In this document: positions 61,557 to 64,000 of the stretch, piece after piece
How positions within the stretch are numbered: the stretch's first letter is position 1
How the letters are laid out: each line of letters starts with the position of its first letter
NCBI GenBank assembly: GCA_973895155.1
Contig: OZ316898.1
Coordinates: forward strand, 4,572,979-4,636,978
DNA: 64,000 nt
Source: Marsupella aquatica
Taxonomy: Eukaryota > Plantae > Marchantiophyta
Direction of reading: 5' to 3'
Notes under the pieces: model-generated
Told to the model about the DNA's origin: nothing
Database searches by the model: none
Seen by the model: the letters and a program-made list of their open reading frames with translations, nothing else
Made by a program: the position numbers and the translations under genes

Positions 61557-62768
61557 CCCCGCCCTCGGGAATTTCTGCAGTTCTTCAATATCCATAATCA
61601 ACGTCGCAATCGCGTCGGGCAAATGCTTACTACTCCTCCAATTTGCAATGCGGGGCAAAGCTCTGCTAACGTTCCAACGCGGCGAGCCAAAATAAGAATC
61701 GTGAAGTTGGGAGGGAGCTTCTGAATCCACACAACCGCGCATACCATCGATCCGCCTCACGATTACGAAAACGAGAATGATACAACGATCAAAAATTCCT
61801 AAACACTCCTGAAGAAGAACCCCTCGATTGGCGAAATCCACCCAGCCAACATGCCCCGGCCGCAGCAGCTCATCTCATCTCATCCGCAAAATGCCAATCA
61901 CTCGCTTTGCAAGGAATCCGGAAGAACTTGAGCAGCGCCGCCACTCTCGCATTGCAGCAATTGTGATACAGTAACGATGTTCAATTCCGAGAACTAGAAA
62001 TACAAGGACGAGAAATTTTCGAAGGATTCATTCATTCAACAGTAACTCCAAAGTTCTACTCGCGAGAATGAAACGAATCCAACACCAAAACTCCACGACT
62101 TCGAGAGCAAGCTCCACCAAAAGCAAAGGAAACGAAGTGCAAGGAAAAGTGGTCGGCGCAACGACACTCACAGGACCGATACAAAGATTAGAGCCTGCCG
62201 AACATTCGACTCGAGCTTTTTTCGATGAGAATGGTCCTCTGTATACTCCTCTCTCTCTCCTTCCTCAGTAAATATGAGCTGCTAAGTTACCAGGGGTCGT
62301 TTCAAATTACCTGACCGTAGATCTTAAAAATGAACGTTCCAGATACCGAATGTTGGAAAACTATTCCGAAACGATTCTAGAATCTGGAAATTTACTGGTG
62401 CCACACTCGGGCGTTGTTGTTTTGGAATGTTCCTCTCCCTCCGTAATACAAAATTTCCAGTCTCGCAGCCACTCGTTTCTTTGCCTGCGTGAAACTAGTC
62501 ACGAAAACTTCTGAAGCCACCGTAGATTTCTCAAATGAACGTTGGAGATATCTGGAAACCTAAAACGATTCCAAAAACGATTCTAGAAAAGTAGAAATAT
62601 ATGAACATTTACTGTGGCCAGGCCCGCACGCATGGCCTCACGCTCAGGTCTGGTCCGTGTACCTCAGGTGTGCAGAACTGTCGCCGCTGTAGGAAAGACA
62701 TACTCCTCTAGTGCCATCTCAGTGGGAACTGTGTAGGGGTAAGGGGGGTAATAGGGTCTACAACATAA

Positions 62769-63135
62769 GGGCCACTTTACAAGTCCGGAGTGGCAATTTA
62801 GTCCCTTTTTTTTAGGATCGAATCAATCACTACCATTGTTTCAACCTGCCCGGGCGCTCCTTGCTTTAGAAGACTGGTGGGACAAGTTGAGCTGTGGGAA
62901 AGACCGAACTTGCATTCTGGTATGGATCAGCTCGGGCCAGTCGCCTCGGGACTCTCATCTGGGCACTAGACTATCGGACCTCCAGAGGTGCAAAAATGGG
63001 CAGCCCACTTTCTCCTAGGATTCCTGCCTTGGATTGGTCTAGAGGCCTACCATACCACTAAAAGTCGGGCTCTGTTACAGCCCTGGTAGAAAGCACTCAA
63101 ATTGCCGTTGCCCTGCCCGTCTTGTAAAGTGGCCC
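62769..63135. mobile_element. PIF/Harbinger (Tourist-like) MITE, 367 bp
   Basis: 15-bp TIR GGGCCACTTTACAAG / CTTGTAAAGTGGCCC, flanked by a TAA TSD (62766-62768, 63136-63138). Confidence 0.8.
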
Positions 63136-63408
63136 TAAGATTCTGTCCCTTCTTTGCAGCCGCTTGCCGTGTTATCAAATGATTAACATCCTTCAATAAT
63201 TGACTATGTTTGACCTGGCCTGAATTGCAACAAGTGAACTAACACATCTCTAGCCTCCTGGTGGAGTTGTCCTGTTGTGGTTTGGTGCTGGCATGTTCCA
63301 TGAGGTTTCCGCTGATTTATAAACATATTAAAATAACATTTCCTGTAAACATAAAAATGCCCCAATTCCCTCTGAACAACAATGGAGTAGTGAGGTAGCT
63401 CACCGCAT

Positions 63409-63625
63409 CCTCACTGAGCTAGTCATGAATCCTCATGGTTTTAAGAATTGATGGTAGTTCGTACGTCTTAGCTCGAAGTCCCTCAATGAGCTAGTCATGA
63501 ATCCTCATGTTTTTAAGAATTGATGGTAGTTCGTACGTCTTAGCTCGAAGTCCCTCACTGAGCTAGTCATGAATCCTCATGTTTGTTAGAATTGATAATA
63601 GTTCGTACGTCTTAGCTCGAAGTCC
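63409..63625. repeat. Three tandem 72-bp units
   Basis: CCTCACTGAGCTAGTCATGAATCCTCATG...TTAGCTCGAAGTC at 63409, 63481 and 63553. Confidence 0.9.
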
Positions 63626-64000
63626 TTTGGGAATGGCACTAGCTGTTATTGTTTTGATCTGATTTATTTTCTATCTGACTTATAATCTATCTACTGCGAT
63701 GATGAGCCGACGTACTTTGCGACCAAAAGTCATCCATGTGTTTCATTGTCAACTCCATCGACTTATAAGACTTAATTAAAAGCCCGGAGTCCGTCAGCGT
63801 CTGTTGCTTCTCAGTTTCTCTCAGAAGCCTTAGGCTGGCTCGGAAGAAAGCAAGGGAAATTTGCCGGTTGTCCTCTCACTGCACACTGGAGCTCTACAAC
63901 CCAGTGTGCCTTCGCAAGCAGCTATTCTGACAGTCGCAGCATGCTGCTAGTTTCCTCATCTTGCAGTCGGGGCTAAGAGTTCGCTAATCTGCTGTGTTTT

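Noticed and set aside
61557-61841. N-terminal extension of the VEN4 ORF shown in the ORF track
   Set aside because: It begins at a non-ATG codon. Similarity to plant VEN4 proteins starts at MGLQHDE (61556), although an in-frame ATG about 40 nt upstream cannot be excluded.

Overview
Eukaryotic nuclear DNA from a land plant, most likely a bryophyte such as a liverwort (inferred from gene style and TE families). Left to right: the end of a CACTA element inserted in a LINE remnant; an intact two-exon ELIP gene; then about 34 kb of imperfect tandem segmental duplication holding three intact copies of an uncharacterised ~214 aa 4-TM membrane-protein gene and an ELIP pseudogene. The last duplicated unit is split by an 11.2 kb Mutator-like (MULE) DNA transposon (24921-36083, 9-bp TSD CTCAAATCG). 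After that come a decayed Ty1/copia element with an adjacent inverted solo LTR, two satellite arrays, a COPT5-like copper transporter, tRNA-Arg(CCT), a 19-exon SAMHD1/VEN4-like dNTPase gene and a Harbinger-type MITE. The standout is the MULE. Head-to-head with its GCM-DDE-SWIM transposase it carries an intron-containing gene for a ParB/Srx-like domain fused to a divergent beta-class N6A/N4C DNA-methyltransferase-like domain, plus a third small gene. It also holds ten full copies (and several half copies) of an 18-bp palindrome, GCTAGCGA-NN-TCGCTAGC, found in its introns, promoter, intergenic and subterminal regions and not in the exons of its two main genes. This suggests a transposon-encoded, sequence-specific self-recognition, self-marking or anti-silencing module. 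This copy carries nonsense mutations. Domain calls are by eye and need HMM or structure confirmation.
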